Source: Octopus bimaculoides (taxonomy: Eukaryota). From it: a stretch of 40,151 nt of DNA. Each line of letters starts with the position of its first letter. Within the stretch, counting starts at the first letter, position 1. The stretch lies in assembly GCF_001194135.2 (NCBI RefSeq), contig NC_068985.1, forward strand, positions 123,255,256-123,295,406, read 5' to 3'. Of the stretch, positions 1-11,847 are shown piece after piece. The notes under the pieces are model-generated. The model saw only the letters and a list, made by a program, of their open reading frames with translations, did no database searches and was not told where the DNA came from. Position numbers and translations under genes: made by a program.

Positions 1-42
<42 letters not shown>

Positions 43-140
43 CACACACACATATATATATACACATATATATGTATAAATATATATGAGAGACATACAT
101 ATATACATACATACACCCACATATATACACATACGTGTGA

Positions 141-190
<50 letters not shown>

Positions 191-330
191 GTGTACGTGT
201 GTGTATATATATATATGTGTGTGTGTATATGTGTGTGTGTGTATGTGTGTATGTGCGTGTGCGTATGTGAATGTGCGTATATATGTGTATATACACGTGT
301 ATCATATAGGCGTATGTGGTGATATATGAA
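1..330. repeat. Compound (TA)n/(CA)n/(TG)n microsatellite
   Basis: Direct reading. The ORFs 34..270 and 86..322 are only IY/HT/VC dipeptide translations of it. Confidence 0.95.
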
Positions 331-561
331 TGTGATAAACAGACACACTCAGGCCCTCAAACCGATGATGCGGTACCTGCCTCACATTGAGATACGTGAA
401 CGCCTGGATAGTTGATGGTATCAACTTAACTGCTCATACGAGCGAGTGTGTGCATGTGTTAGTTTGTGTGTTTGTGTACAAAGGATCGAGTGTATGTGTG
501 TGTATATGTACAAAGGGCTAAAAGTGTGAGTATGGTGGTAACTATATCTGCGGGCAAACGC

Positions 562-647
562 TTGATTTCTGTAGTTATTATCGTATTTTTTTTGTCATGG
601 CGATTTAAATAAGAGTTTTGACTGTTATTTCCAGCAGGTAGACATAC
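562..647 (+). repeat. Copy of an unclassified AT-rich interspersed repeat, cut by the 648-747 gap
   Basis: ttgatttctgtagttattatc...ggcgatttaaataagagttttgactgttatttccagcaggtagacatac recurs almost identically at about 19194-19274 and 19684-19764. Confidence 0.85.
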
Positions 648-994
648 NNNNNNNNNNNNNNNNNNNNNNNNNNNNNNNNNNNNNNNNNNNNNNNNNNNNN
701 NNNNNNNNNNNNNNNNNNNNNNNNNNNNNNNNNNNNNNNNNNNNNNNACAAGCAAATTCTTACAATTCTCAAATATGGATTTTCTTATTCAGGAATTTTG
801 ATTTTTGGAAAAAAAAAAGAAAAGATAAAATAAAATAAATGGTTAAATCTTATTTATCATCAATAATATTTTTGAAAAATATTAATTTAATTTTTTTCCT
901 TACTGTATTTTTGAGAAATGAAAAAGAATCATGAAATATTTTTCTTTATTCATTTAAACTTATCCTTCCAATTTTTCTTCTTCTTCTTTCATGT

Positions 995-995
<1 letters not shown>

Positions 996-1050
<55 letters not shown>
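996..1050. repeat. (AAT)n microsatellite
   Basis: Direct reading; source of the poly-I in ORF 918..1175. Confidence 0.95.
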
Positions 1051-2308
1051 TAAAAAATTATAATAACAACAATACCAACAGTAGTAATTGTTATAATAAC
1101 AAGAATTATAGCTACAACAGCAAAAACAATATTGATAAAAATTATAAAGAAATTATATCAAAAGAAGAAAAATGAAACTGTTTCAAGAAAGTGACATGTA
1201 AATTCTTCATGAACTAATAAACAAACTTAATTAAAAACAAAACAAAGCAAAAACAAGATTGAACAATAAACGAATAAACCAAACGAGAGAAGAAAAACTA
1301 GAATTTCAAAGTAACATTATGTCAAGAATGCCAAGACATAAAAAGACGTTTCGGATTTTTTTATTAATTATAATTTTTATAATTTTTTCTTCACATTTCC
1401 TTCAGTGCAGATGAATTTTGCAATCACTTAAGTGCAATGCAATCAATTTTGACAGTAAAATTGCGTTTTCTTGTACTGAATACCACTCTGATATCATAAC
1501 AAAAATGAAACTAGGGAGAGAGTACTCTCAATCAAAAGGCCGCCATCTTGAAAAAAATTTATAACGTGTTAATAATTTTTTTTCTATTGATCTTCATTTA
1601 AACTCATTATTAGTTCATAAATATCGTATAACTAGTAATTATTATTGTTGAAATCATTAATTATTGTGCGCGCACACGCACACGCACTGACACACATAAG
1701 TGTGTGTGCATATACATTCCAGAAGAACTGTTCCTCATATATATGTGTTTATATGTTTGAGTAAATGTAGGGATAAGCAAGCTAGACAGGTCAATATATA
1801 AAGTGTATTAAATACCAGAAATACAAAAACTGTATATATGCTTACACCCAAAAAGGTCCAACTTACACAGAATAGAAATGATATCGAGAATTAAAGGCGT
1901 CGAAGGAAAGCATTATAAATACAACTGCTTCTGAAGGCTCAGTGGTCCGAAATAATGTTTGTAGATTGATTCCATCGTCGGATGAGACGAGTCTCCGTCT
2001 TCAGGAAAGGCACTTTACATTTGAAGTGTTGAAAGTAAAAAGTTAAAAGTTGAAAGATAGAAATTTGAACTGATATATATGTGTGTGTGTGTGTGTATGT
2101 GAGTGTGTGTGTGTTTGTGTGAGTGTGTAATCCAAATAATAAGAAAAATAAATATTTTAACACATCGTTCATGATTCGCTACAAACGTTCCAGTACCAAC
2201 TCTGCTTGCAACGCAAGTTTACGTAAAAAATCGAAGAGAGACCAGAACTCGGGTCAAGTGCTTCTATGGAAATAGCCAACCTTTATTACCTACCAGGACC
2301 CAAAATAC

Positions 2309-2387
<79 letters not shown>

Positions 2388-3900
2388 NNNNNNNNNNNNN
2401 NNNNNNNNNNNNNNNNNNNNNNNNNNNNNNNNNNNNNNNNNNNNNNNNNNNNNNNNNNNNNNNNNNNNNNNNNNNNNNNNNNNNNNNNNNNNNNNNNNNN
2501 NNNNNNNNNNNNNNNNNNNNNNNNNNNNNNNNNNNNNNNNNNNNNNNNNNNNNNNNNNNNNNNNNNNNNNNNNNNNNNNNNNNNNNNNNNNNNNNNNNNN
2601 NNNNNNNNNNNNNNNNNNNNNNNNNNNNNNNNNNNNNNNNNNNNNNNNNNNNNNNNNNNNNNNNNNNNNNNNNNNNNNNNNNNNNNNNNNNNNNNNNNNN
2701 NNNNNNNNNNNNNNNNNNNNNNNNNNNNNNNNNNNNNNNNNNNNNNNNNNNNNNNNNNNNNNNNNNNNNNNNNNNNNNNNNNNNNNNNNNNNNNNNNNNN
2801 NNNNNNNNNNNNNNNNNNNNNNNNNNNNNNNNNNNNNNNNNNNNNNNNNNNNNNNNNNNNNNNNNNNNNNNNNNNNNNNNNNNNNNNNNNNNNNNNNNNN
2901 NNNNNNNNNNNNNNNNNNNNNNNNNNNNNNNNNNNNNNNNNNNNNNNNNNNNNNNNNNNNNNNNNNNNNNNNNNNNNNNNNNNNNNNNNNNNNNNNNNNN
3001 NNNNNNNNNNNNNNNNNNNNNNNNNNNNNNNNNNNNNNNNNNNNNNNNNNNNNNNNNNNNNNNNNNNNNNNNNNNNNNNNNNNNNNNNNNNNNNNNNNNN
3101 NNNNNNNNNNNNNNNNNNNNNNNNNNNNNNNNNNNNNNNNNNNNNNNNNNNNNNNNNNNNNNNNNNNNNNNNNNNNNNNNNNNNNNNNNNNNNNNNNNNN
3201 NNNNNNNNNNNNNNNNNNNNNNTATATATATATATATATATATATGCTGTCACGAAACACATTATTAAGCCATGTCTACGCCTTGTTCATGTATTTTGAC
3301 AGGCATCTACATCTGTGTCTGTGTTCTGTGTGTAAAACATGAAACTTTCAGGGATGTTTGGCCGCGTGACTGGCACGAACTGATTAGATTTTGGGATCGA
3401 TCCCGTACAGGACAAGGATTCTAGATTATTTATATTTACTTTAAATGATTACGATCATATGTTAACTTTCAAGTCTTTCTCACCTTAGGTAATGAATAAA
3501 TTTTTTTTAATACAAATTTGGCAGTTAGTAATAAATGAAAGTCCATGAAATGACATCGCAATTGCAGTAGGCATTAGGGATCTTATATCTTACTTGAAAC
3601 GTTTTGTATCATGTACTGATTTTTCTCGTGATGCCTGACGCAACTGCATTGAAGCTTTTTTATTTCAATGGAAGTCATGCATGATAAAGAAAGCAAACAT
3701 TTATAGCAAACGCACATACAAAAATAAATGTCAGAACATGCTTATGAGCGAACACCATGCATAAGCAGGGTCATTGAAGGTAATGTACTGTTAACAGTAA
3801 TCAGGGAAATGAAGCAAGAGATCAATGAAATGCTTGCAGGAAGTCTGATTGCTAACAGCTACAGTTTGGCGTAGATGTGAAGATTGAAGTGGAGAAATAA

Positions 3901-5206
3901 CTACTCTAGGGCTGCTTTGTAGACGTCATTTTTGGTTTTTTCTCCAGGAGCATAGATGAATAAGTTGCCTGGACGGCCAACTCCGGAACAACCGACGTAG
4001 AACTGTCCATGTGAAAAGCACGACGTTCGAAGATCCAGTCCGACAACTTTCAGCGACTGAATTTCAGAAGCTGAGTTTGAGAAGGAACTGAAATCTCTGC
4101 ATAGGGTAGGAGCAGTCTGTTGGGTGTTAGCGGAATTTTCAGAATGAAGATGGTATCGTTTTTGTCGTGTCCCATGATAATTTGGACTTCAATGACGTGG
4201 TCCAGCATTTGTTTGACAACAAGGTGAGTTCCATTGCATAGTGTGGGTGCATTTAGATTGCGTAGGAGGGTGACAGGGCAACCGACTTTTAAGTGAAGTT
4301 CATGGAGAGAGAGTCATGGAGGATCTTGGGAGTTGTGAAATTCTATTGGAAAGTGTATAACCTGAACGAGGTCGGTAACGGTGTCAATTGATCTGTAACA
4401 ACGTTCTTGAGAAGGTAGCTGAGTAAGTCGTAGTTAAGAGCGTTGACAGCTGCAGTTGTAGGTGCAAGAACGACCCTGTCGCGAAGTCAATCTGGTTTTA
4501 TATATTCCGTTTTAAGATATGGGTAAACAGCAGAACATAAGTCATCAGGGCTGGAGACACTGTAGCCAATGGTGGTAGCGTCAATGTATCTGTTATTGTC
4601 GAACGTAATTTGTCCATTGCCGATTTTAAGAAGCATTTCCAAAAACTGGGTTGTAGGCTGACTAGTCTGTAGGGGTGATCTCATGTTGATGGTGAGTTGT
4701 TTCTTTTGGACATGCGACCAAAGGAGGGATTTTTTAAGGCAGGCATTAAGTTCATCAGCAGGTGTTCCTTTGGGTATAATAGACAGAGTCTGCCGAAAAT
4801 CTCCTGCAAGAAGTAGAGTCGCACCTCCAAGGATATTGTTGCTCGATCTATGGTCTCTCATTGTGGTATCAAGTGCTTGTAGGGAACATTTATGGGACAT
4901 AGTNNNNNNNNNNGTTGCTCGATCTATGGTCTCTCATTGTGGTATCAAGTGCTTGTAGGGAACATTTATGGGACATAGTTGCTTCATCCCAAACAATGAG
5001 TTTGCACTTTTTCAAAATTGTCGCTTCGTCCGAGTAATGCATTATGTGGCACGTTGGGTTTTCTTGATGTGCTACATTGAAAAGTAATTTGACGGTAGTG
5101 TATGCTGTTCGCCGCTGCCAAGAAGAGTTGAGGCTATTCGTGAGGAGGCAACAGCAATAGCAAGGTCACCATTATGCTGCAACTTTGCAAGAAGATTCAA
5201 GAGGAA
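3901..5206 (-). mobile_element. Helitron RepHel remnant: PIF1-like (SF1B) helicase C-terminal region, pseudogenised by stops and frameshifts, 5'-truncated just after Walker A
   Basis: Manual minus-strand translation gives FLLNLLAKLQHNGDLAIAVASSRIASTLLG, CKLIVWDEATMSHKCSLQALDTTMRDHR (motif II), GGATLLLAGDFRQTL (motif III), LRDRVVLAPTTAAVNALN, LHLKVGCPVTLLRNLNAPTLCNGT and FSHGQFYVGCSGV...KNDVYKAALE*, with the stop at 3901-3903. These are the characteristic Helitron helicase motifs. ORF 4487..4900 is part of it. Confidence 0.95.
4838..4979. other. Probable assembly artefact: exact 66-bp direct duplication on both sides of a 10-N gap
   Basis: 4838-4903 is identical to 4914-4979, separated by 10 Ns at 4904-4913. 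Collapsing it restores continuity of the helicase reading (WDEATMSHKCSL...). Confidence 0.85.
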
Positions 5207-5466
5207 TAAAGGCTGACGTTGGACTACACAACAACATCAATGACAGCAACATCAACAGCAACCTGATGTTTATAACTAATGCTCCTCTGTACTGACTTTA
5301 ACAAAACATTCATTAATGACACTGAAAGATTCTCTCCGTGTTCTTGCAAAGAGTTAGAAATATTAGCCAAATTCATCTCAAGTTAAATACTACAATTAAA
5401 AAGAGAGGGACACATAGGGTAATGTAGCCCTAGATATACAACAACTAAATAAAAAAAGAGATGATT

Positions 5467-5543
5467 GTGGCTGGAATGCCTTTGATCGTAGTCTGCTCAA
5501 CCAGAGCTGACCTGGTGATAAATACCGACAACAGCAACAACAA
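5467..5543 (+). mobile_element. 3' end fragment of a retroposon (family C) with an (AAC)n-like tail
   Basis: tggctggaatgcctttgatcgtagtctgctcaaccagagctgacctgg..aa..caacagcaacaac is similar to 11561-11625 and 32104-32175. Confidence 0.5.
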
Positions 5544-5819
5544 TACCCATACCATTAAAGTAATTTATTCAGCAAATACAAGTTTTTTTAACCGCAAAAA
5601 AGAGAAAATGTGTTTTCGGTGTTTTTTTATTTCTTTTGTTTTACTTTATTGTCAAAACGACTGTGTTCTTTCATTTTGAGTTGATTTTATTTTGTTTTAA
5701 AATAATCTTCTGTTTCTATGAGTTGGCTTAATAATGCATTGTCAGCGCATGCGTGAACAAGTCTTAAGCAATCGGTTTCACTGTAACATTCAATGACCTT
5801 TAACGATTTTTCATGCAAT

Positions 5820-5948
5820 TCTCTCTATCTCTCTTTCCCCCCTTCTCTCTCTCTCTCTATCTCTCTTCCCCCCTTCTCTCTCTCTCTCTCTTCTCTGTTT
5901 CCCTCGCTTGTATTTTCTCATTAGCTTTGCCTCACTCTCTTAACCTCA

Positions 5949-5979
<31 letters not shown>

Positions 5980-6004
5980 TTCTCTCTCTTTCTCTCTCTC
6001 TCTC

Positions 6005-6068
<64 letters not shown>
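5820..6068. repeat. Imperfect (CT)n/(CTTT) pyrimidine tract
   Basis: Direct reading. Confidence 0.9.
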
Positions 6069-6069
<1 letters not shown>

Positions 6070-6750
6070 TGAAATGCAGTTCTTTAACTCAAAGATTTGG
6101 TGTTAGATGCAAATGTTAAGAAGCAAATCTACTTCTGTAGAAAAGAGTAGCAAACTCAAAACAACATAGTCACATACACATAAAACCACACAACACAAAC
6201 ACACGTAAAGATATACATGTGCACAAATACAACGTAACAGAATGAAATACAATCCACCACCACCACNNNNNNNNNNNNNNNNNNNNNNNNNNNNNNNNNN
6301 NNNNNNNNNNNNNNNNNNNNNNNNNNNNNNNNNNNNNNNNNNNNNNNNNNNNNNNNNNNNNNNNNNNNNNNNNNNNNNNNNNNNNNNNNNNNNNNNNNNN
6401 NNNNNNNNNNNNNNNNNNNNNNNNNNNNNNNNNNNNNNNNNNNNNNNNNNNNNNNNNNNNNNNNNNNNNNNNNNNNNNNNNNNNNNNNNNNNNNNNNNNN
6501 NNNNNNNNNNNNNNNNNNNNNNNNNNNNNNNNNNNNNNNNNNNNNNNNNNNNNNNNNNNNNNNNNNNNNNNNNAACAACCAATGAAATAAACTGGGAAAA
6601 TAAACAAAATGAAGGAGAAATCGCTTTAAAGAAATAATTGGGAAAATATGTTAAAAATTTGAAAATTGAAACATCGAAACTACTAAAATTAAAGATGAAA
6701 CTTTCTCTTTTTTTGTCTTTCTTCCTTTCTGTTTCTTTCATTCTTTCTTC

Positions 6751-6785
<35 letters not shown>

Positions 6786-7159
6786 TTATTTTTGAACATT
6801 GTTTTCGAATAAGTAGTCTTCGATTTTAAGAAAGGTAAGATGAGGGTTTTTGAAGCTCGAAATTTTTCCAAAGAGTAATTGAGAAGGAAGTGAAATTGGA
6901 TGGCCAAAACACAATGCCATAAGTTTATTAATGTAATATTGTGAATATTGTGTCTTTCGTTTCTTTTCTCGGCTGTGTCGGTAACATTTCATCTAGCCTC
7001 AGAAACAGTATAATTGAAGATAGGAAGCTGTCTTCAGATAAGCGACTAGAACCAAATGCTCACAACACAATAGACACTGGCAAAGTCATGCAAGAACCAT
7101 GGGGCGTTATTAAATGGGTAGCAGATTAAGTCTGTCGTTCAGAAACAAATTGGGTCATT

Positions 7160-7265
7160 CGGCGGGCTTCCACATTGTTTCCGTTTTCCAGCTTTTACTC
7201 AAGAAGATTTGTTTGATTCGCGACTATGGTGGAATATAGCGCGGTAAGATCCAACCCAAAGCCAT
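7160..7265 (-). mobile_element. Degenerate SINE family B fragment
   Basis: cggcgggcttccacattgtttccgttttccagcttttactcaagaag...gactatggtggaa resembles 24204-24280 and 29268-29330. Confidence 0.4.
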
Positions 7266-8324
7266 ATATTCAAGAAGCGAACTTCTAAAGCACACATATA
7301 TTCCTGCGTGCGTAGAGAGATGAAAGTAAGATACAGTAACATCCATGCTTTTTTCTAGCATCATTAGCAGAATGCCGTACAGAATGCCATACACAGCTTG
7401 CACATTAATATCTATACACTGATTTGCATACAGCTATTAATGTTTGTTCGCACACAAACATTGATATATTGATGTTGATGTTGACTATCCCAAATCCTAG
7501 TAGTTCAAGAATATTGTAGAGACTGTAGGCTGTAATTTTATACAGCGAGATGGTTTTGCTATAAAATTGCAGAGTATAAAGTAATTAATAAAGAGAAAAT
7601 ATGACCTTGAATAATAGCAATACCGATTTCCAAAATGAACTAACCAATTTGAATTAATAAAACAATTGTTGTGATAATGGAGGTGTTAATTAATGAGAAT
7701 GATAGAAAATCCCCATTTAACGTTAAAGTAACATGCCCAGCTCTAATGTAAGCTGCAATTCGAATTGCTATAAAACTGCTAGCTAATAAGAAATGAATAT
7801 ATGATGGTTTGTTTTTGTCATGCTTTTTCGTGTGCAGTAGCTCTGTAAAGTACATAAAAGGACTAGGAATAGAAAGAAGTTCTTTCTATTATAGAGATAG
7901 TTGGACAAGTAAAGTTGAGATATTAATATCTTTTCTATGCATTTTAGCACCAAATTCAAATGAAGTGGCTTAAACTTAAGACTGAAAATGTATGAAGAGA
8001 AGAAAGAGAAAGGGAAATGACGTTAGAGTCATTCATGTCTTTCTTAAAATATTTAATGAAGGAAGTGAAATGGTTTCACGAGAAAAAATAAAATACACAC
8101 ATAACCAAATAAAATATTTTAACAGGACAAACAATCTTTATAATTTAGAGCAAATATAATGGGAATGTTAACGTTACAGAATTCTCTTAGGTCATTTCTG
8201 ACAAATGTAAATTGAATTGTTTCATTTAGAATCAAAACCGCCTCGCAGACAAATCCCGTTGCATGGGTTTACTATTCTTCAATATTCTTTAATTGACTTA
8301 GAACAGCAATAACAATAATTCTTT

Positions 8325-8437
8325 CTAAATTTTGGCACAAAATCAGCAGTTTTGCTGGAAAGGGGAAGGGGAACTGATCACATCAATAGCAGTGTTTGAC
8401 TGGTACGTATTTTATCAACCCTGGAAGTTTGAAAGGC
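8325..8437 (-). mobile_element. Older, partial SINE family A copy (3' half), abutting a younger copy
   Basis: aaattttggcacaaaatcagcagtttt...ctggtacgtattttatcaaccctggaagtttgaaaggc is the reverse complement of the family A 3' region. Confidence 0.55.
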
Positions 8438-8645
8438 TTTCTACTATAGGTACAAGGCCCGAACTTTTGGAGGAGGGGCTAGTCGATTACATAGACTCCA
8501 GTGCTCAACTAGTAATTATTTTATCGACCCCGAGAGATGAAAAACAAAGCGGATCTCGGCGGAATTTGAACTCAGAACGTAAAGACGGATGAAATGCCGC
8601 TAAGCAATTTTTCCTGCGGGCTAGCGACTCTGCCAGTTCGCCGCC
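8438..8645 (-). mobile_element. tRNA-derived SINE, family A, near full length
   Basis: The reverse complement begins ggcggcgaactggcagagtcgctagc (A-box-like), has gagttcaaattccgccgag (B box) and the central tttcatctctcggggtcgataaaataatt..ctagt block shared with the other copies. Confidence 0.9.
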
Positions 8646-8704
8646 TTGTAACAAGCAACAATAATAGTGAAACGAATGCAATCACGTTGCAAATACAAAT
8701 TTCA

Positions 8705-8790
8705 ACGATGATGATGATGATGACAACGACGACGATAATGACGATGATGACGACGACGAGACGACGACGATGATGATGAAGATGATGATG
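8705..8790. repeat. (GAT)n/(GAC)n compound microsatellite
   Basis: Direct reading. Confidence 0.9.
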
Positions 8791-10700
8791 AGGGAGACAA
8801 CAATGACAGTTATTTTGTTTAGTCCCATTCATGTATTCATACAATAAGAGTTATAGCAAAGAGGACTGAAAAGCCTGTAGATATGTACAATAAAATCATA
8901 TAAATACCGAGGGGATGCATTGATTTATACTATATATTAAGACATGGCGCGAATTAGTTAACTGTACAAAAACAATTACATAAGATATTATCAGACGTTG
9001 CACACTTATATTAGATGATTATATACAACACAAGTATATTTTAAGAAACAAGGAAGGAGTGAGGGACCCACCCATTATGAAAAGCTGCCACGAGAATTTG
9101 GAGGCTTTCCAGAACATTTTTCATCTTCCACTAGAATTTCTGTGTTTGTGTGTGTGTGTGTGTGCGCGTGCGCATGTGTGTTTGTAGTCCATTAGCAGTT
9201 ATAGCGCCAGACAGACTAGGGAAAGTCTCGTGACCTCCTAATTGCTCATATACACCTGCCAAAGGACAAAATGAACTCAAGCTGTAATGCCAAGATTTTG
9301 CATTACAACTCACAATGATGGGATAATCGAAATGGTCCCCCTCTCTTTTTCTTACTATATATATATATATATATNNNNNNNNNNNNNNNNNNNNNNNNNN
9401 NNNNNNNNNNNNNNNNNNNNNNNNNNNNNNNNNNNNNNNNNNNNNNNNNNNNNNNNNNNNNNNNNNNNNNNNNNNNNNNNNNNNNNNNNNNNNNNNNNNN
9501 NNNNNNNNNNNNNNNNNNNNNNNNNNNNNNNNNNNNNNNNNNNNNNNNNNNNNNNNNNNNNNNNNNNNNNNNNNNNNNNNNNNNNNNNNNNNNNNNNNNN
9601 NNNNNNNNNNNNNNNNNNNNNNNNNNNNNNNNNNNNNNNNNNNNNNNNNNNNNNNNNNNNNNNNNNNNNNNNNNNNNNNNNNNNNNNNNNNNNNNNNNNN
9701 NNNNNNNNNNNNNNNNNNNNNNNNNNNNNNNNNNNNNNNNNNNNNNNNNNNNNNNNNNNNNNNNNNNNNNNNNNNNNNNNNNNNNNNNNNNNNNNNNNNN
9801 NNNNNNNNNNNNNNNNNNNNNNNNNNNNNNNNNNNNNNNNNNNNNNNNNNNNNNNNNNNNNNNNNNNNNNNNNNNNNNNNNNNNNNNNNNNNNNNNNNNN
9901 NNNNNNNNNNNNNNNNNNNNNNNNNNNNNNNNNNNNNNNNNNNNNNNNNNNNNNNNNNNNNNNNNNNNNNNNNNNNNNNNNNNNNNNNNNNNNNNNNNNN
10001 NNNNNNNNNNNNNNNNNNNNNNNNNNNNNNNNNNNNNNNATATATATATATATATATACATATTTATATGCACACACACACATACACACTAGGAAAGAGA
10101 GTGAAGGAAGGGAAGCGTTCTTTTACTACAATCATCTTGTCATAAACCAGCATCATTCTCCTTTTTTAAACTGTTCTTCTTAGTCAGGTCTTTCAGGACG
10201 TCTAAAAGATCCTTTCAACGGAAGAGCGAGCTATTTGATCATTGCATTTCCTTAGACTAGTTTCAAGAAATGTATATCCTTACAGACTCTCTAATCAAAT
10301 AACACTTTTAATTACTTCCGCCCATACTACCATCACATGTTGCGTCGTATCGGTAACGACAAGCCAAGATTCAATGCTATTGCCATTAATTCAATCCGAT
10401 ACACATGCTCTTTACTCAGTCGTGTATTGTGGTACGAACCCATGGACAGATTGTAATATGTCAACTCGGTTATTGACTCCCACTCGGTCTTCAAAACTAA
10501 GAAAACACCTCTGTATAACTTGCTCTGGTTGGTGGAAGCACATTATTCCGCACATCGATCAGAGATTCCTCCAAACGTTGTTTTGATGAATATAAATCTT
10601 GAGCAAGGAAGTACGTGATTCCGCAATGGATTTGTGCCAGTTCGTTCTTTTCAGTGATTTTAGATTCGTGTTTTAAATTTTCTTACCGCTGGTAGAAAAG

Positions 10701-11050
10701 CAAACTGATTGTTGTTTTCTTCGTTGAAATTTTAATTAGAAGTTTGTACGTCATGATTCGAGAGGTCAAAATTATATTTCTGTCTGCTATGTTTGTTTTT
10801 TGTCTTAGCAATTCTAGGCTCTTTATACATATGGTACATACATGCATACCTATATATACATAAATACATACATATATATATATATACATATATATGTGTG
10901 TGTCTGTGTATTATGTATAAAGAGGAGCCTAGATTGTTTTTACGTAAACAAACAAATACAAGAGACAGATAGAAATGTAATTTTGACATCAGGCATCGTG
11001 ACGTACAAACATTCAATTAAAATTATAGCGGAGACAACAGCAACAATTGT
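10701..11050. mobile_element. Old fold-back (MITE-like) element: about 135-bp imperfect inverted arms around a (TA/CA/TG) core
   Basis: The left arm aattttaattagaagtttgtacgtcatgattcgagaggtcaaaattatatttctgtctg...ctaggctctttatacata matches the reverse complement of the right arm tatgtataaagaggagcctag...cagatagaaatgtaattttgacatcaggcatcgtgacgtacaaacattcaattaaaatt. Opposite-strand ORF translations also match (IADRNIILTSRIMTYKLLIKI vs ETDRNVILTSGIVTYKHSIKI). Confidence 0.8.
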
Positions 11051-11148
11051 GTTACATACACATATACATACACCGCCATGTATATATTATGAACACACAC
11101 ATGCACAACGACAACAACAACACACGTGCACGAACGCACAGACAGACA

Positions 11149-11186
<38 letters not shown>

Positions 11187-11298
11187 NNNNNNNNNNNNNN
11201 NNNNNNNNNNNNNNNNNNNNNNNNNNNNNNNNNNNNNNNNNNNNNNNNNNNNNNNNNNNNNNNNNNNNNNNNNNNNNNNNNNNNNNNNNNNNNNNNNN

Positions 11299-11340
<42 letters not shown>

Positions 11341-11560
11341 GTTGTAACATACTAACTGAACTGAACCCATTTCGATGGTGGGGAAGATACGGAGTGAAAC
11401 TTTTCAGTAAGGAAAAGTTACTGAATCGCTCAAGTCGTGGGCTACAGGTTATCTTTGACCGATCCATAGGTTGACTTTTTTTACGAGAAATAATAGACGA
11501 GAGGAACGCGTTGGATAATATACTCCTTGATACGCACTATTCAAAAGAAGGATGAGATGG

Positions 11561-11625
11561 TCATGGCTGCAATACTTCTGACTTAGGTCTGCTCTGTTGT
11601 GACTAAACTGGTACTAGACAACAAT
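11561..11625 (+). mobile_element. Family C 3' fragment
   Basis: tcatggctgcaatacttctgacttaggtctgctc...gactaaactggtactagacaacaa is similar to 5467-5543. Confidence 0.4.
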
Positions 11626-11651
11626 GCGTCATTATTAAATGTGCGTTCAAT

Positions 11652-11847
11652 GCGGTGAGGTGGCAGAACCGTTAGCATGCCGGGCAAAATGCTTAGCGGC
11701 ATTTCACCCGTCGCCGAAGTCGACTTTACCTTTCATCCTTTCCGGGTCGAGAAATTAAGTACCAGTGGAGTACTGGGATCGATGTGATAGACTTAATCCC
11801 TCCCCAAAAATGTCAGGCCTTGTGACTATAGTAGAAAGGATTATTAT
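11652..11847 (+). mobile_element. SINE family A, lacking the B-box segment, with a degenerate 17-bp TSD
   Basis: gcggtgaggtggcagaaccgttagcatgccgggcaaaatgcttagcgg...ctttcatcctttccgggtcgagaaattaagtaccag. Flanks attattaaatgtgcgtt (11631-11647) and attattatatgcacgtt (11840-11856) match at 14/17. Confidence 0.9.

Noticed and set aside
3393-3424. Perfect palindrome gggatcgatccc followed 16 nt later by CTAG, resembling a Helitron 3' end
   Set aside because: It is on the strand opposite to the helicase, the next base is A rather than T, and there is no other support. It more likely belongs to a separate small repeat fragment at about 3340-3420.
10180-10690. Non-repetitive, GC-richer segment; one minus frame reads ...RLSKEHVYRIELMAIAL..., faintly like a LINE RNase H motif
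   Set aside because: No frame stays open across it and I find no second motif. A BLASTx search would be needed before any call.
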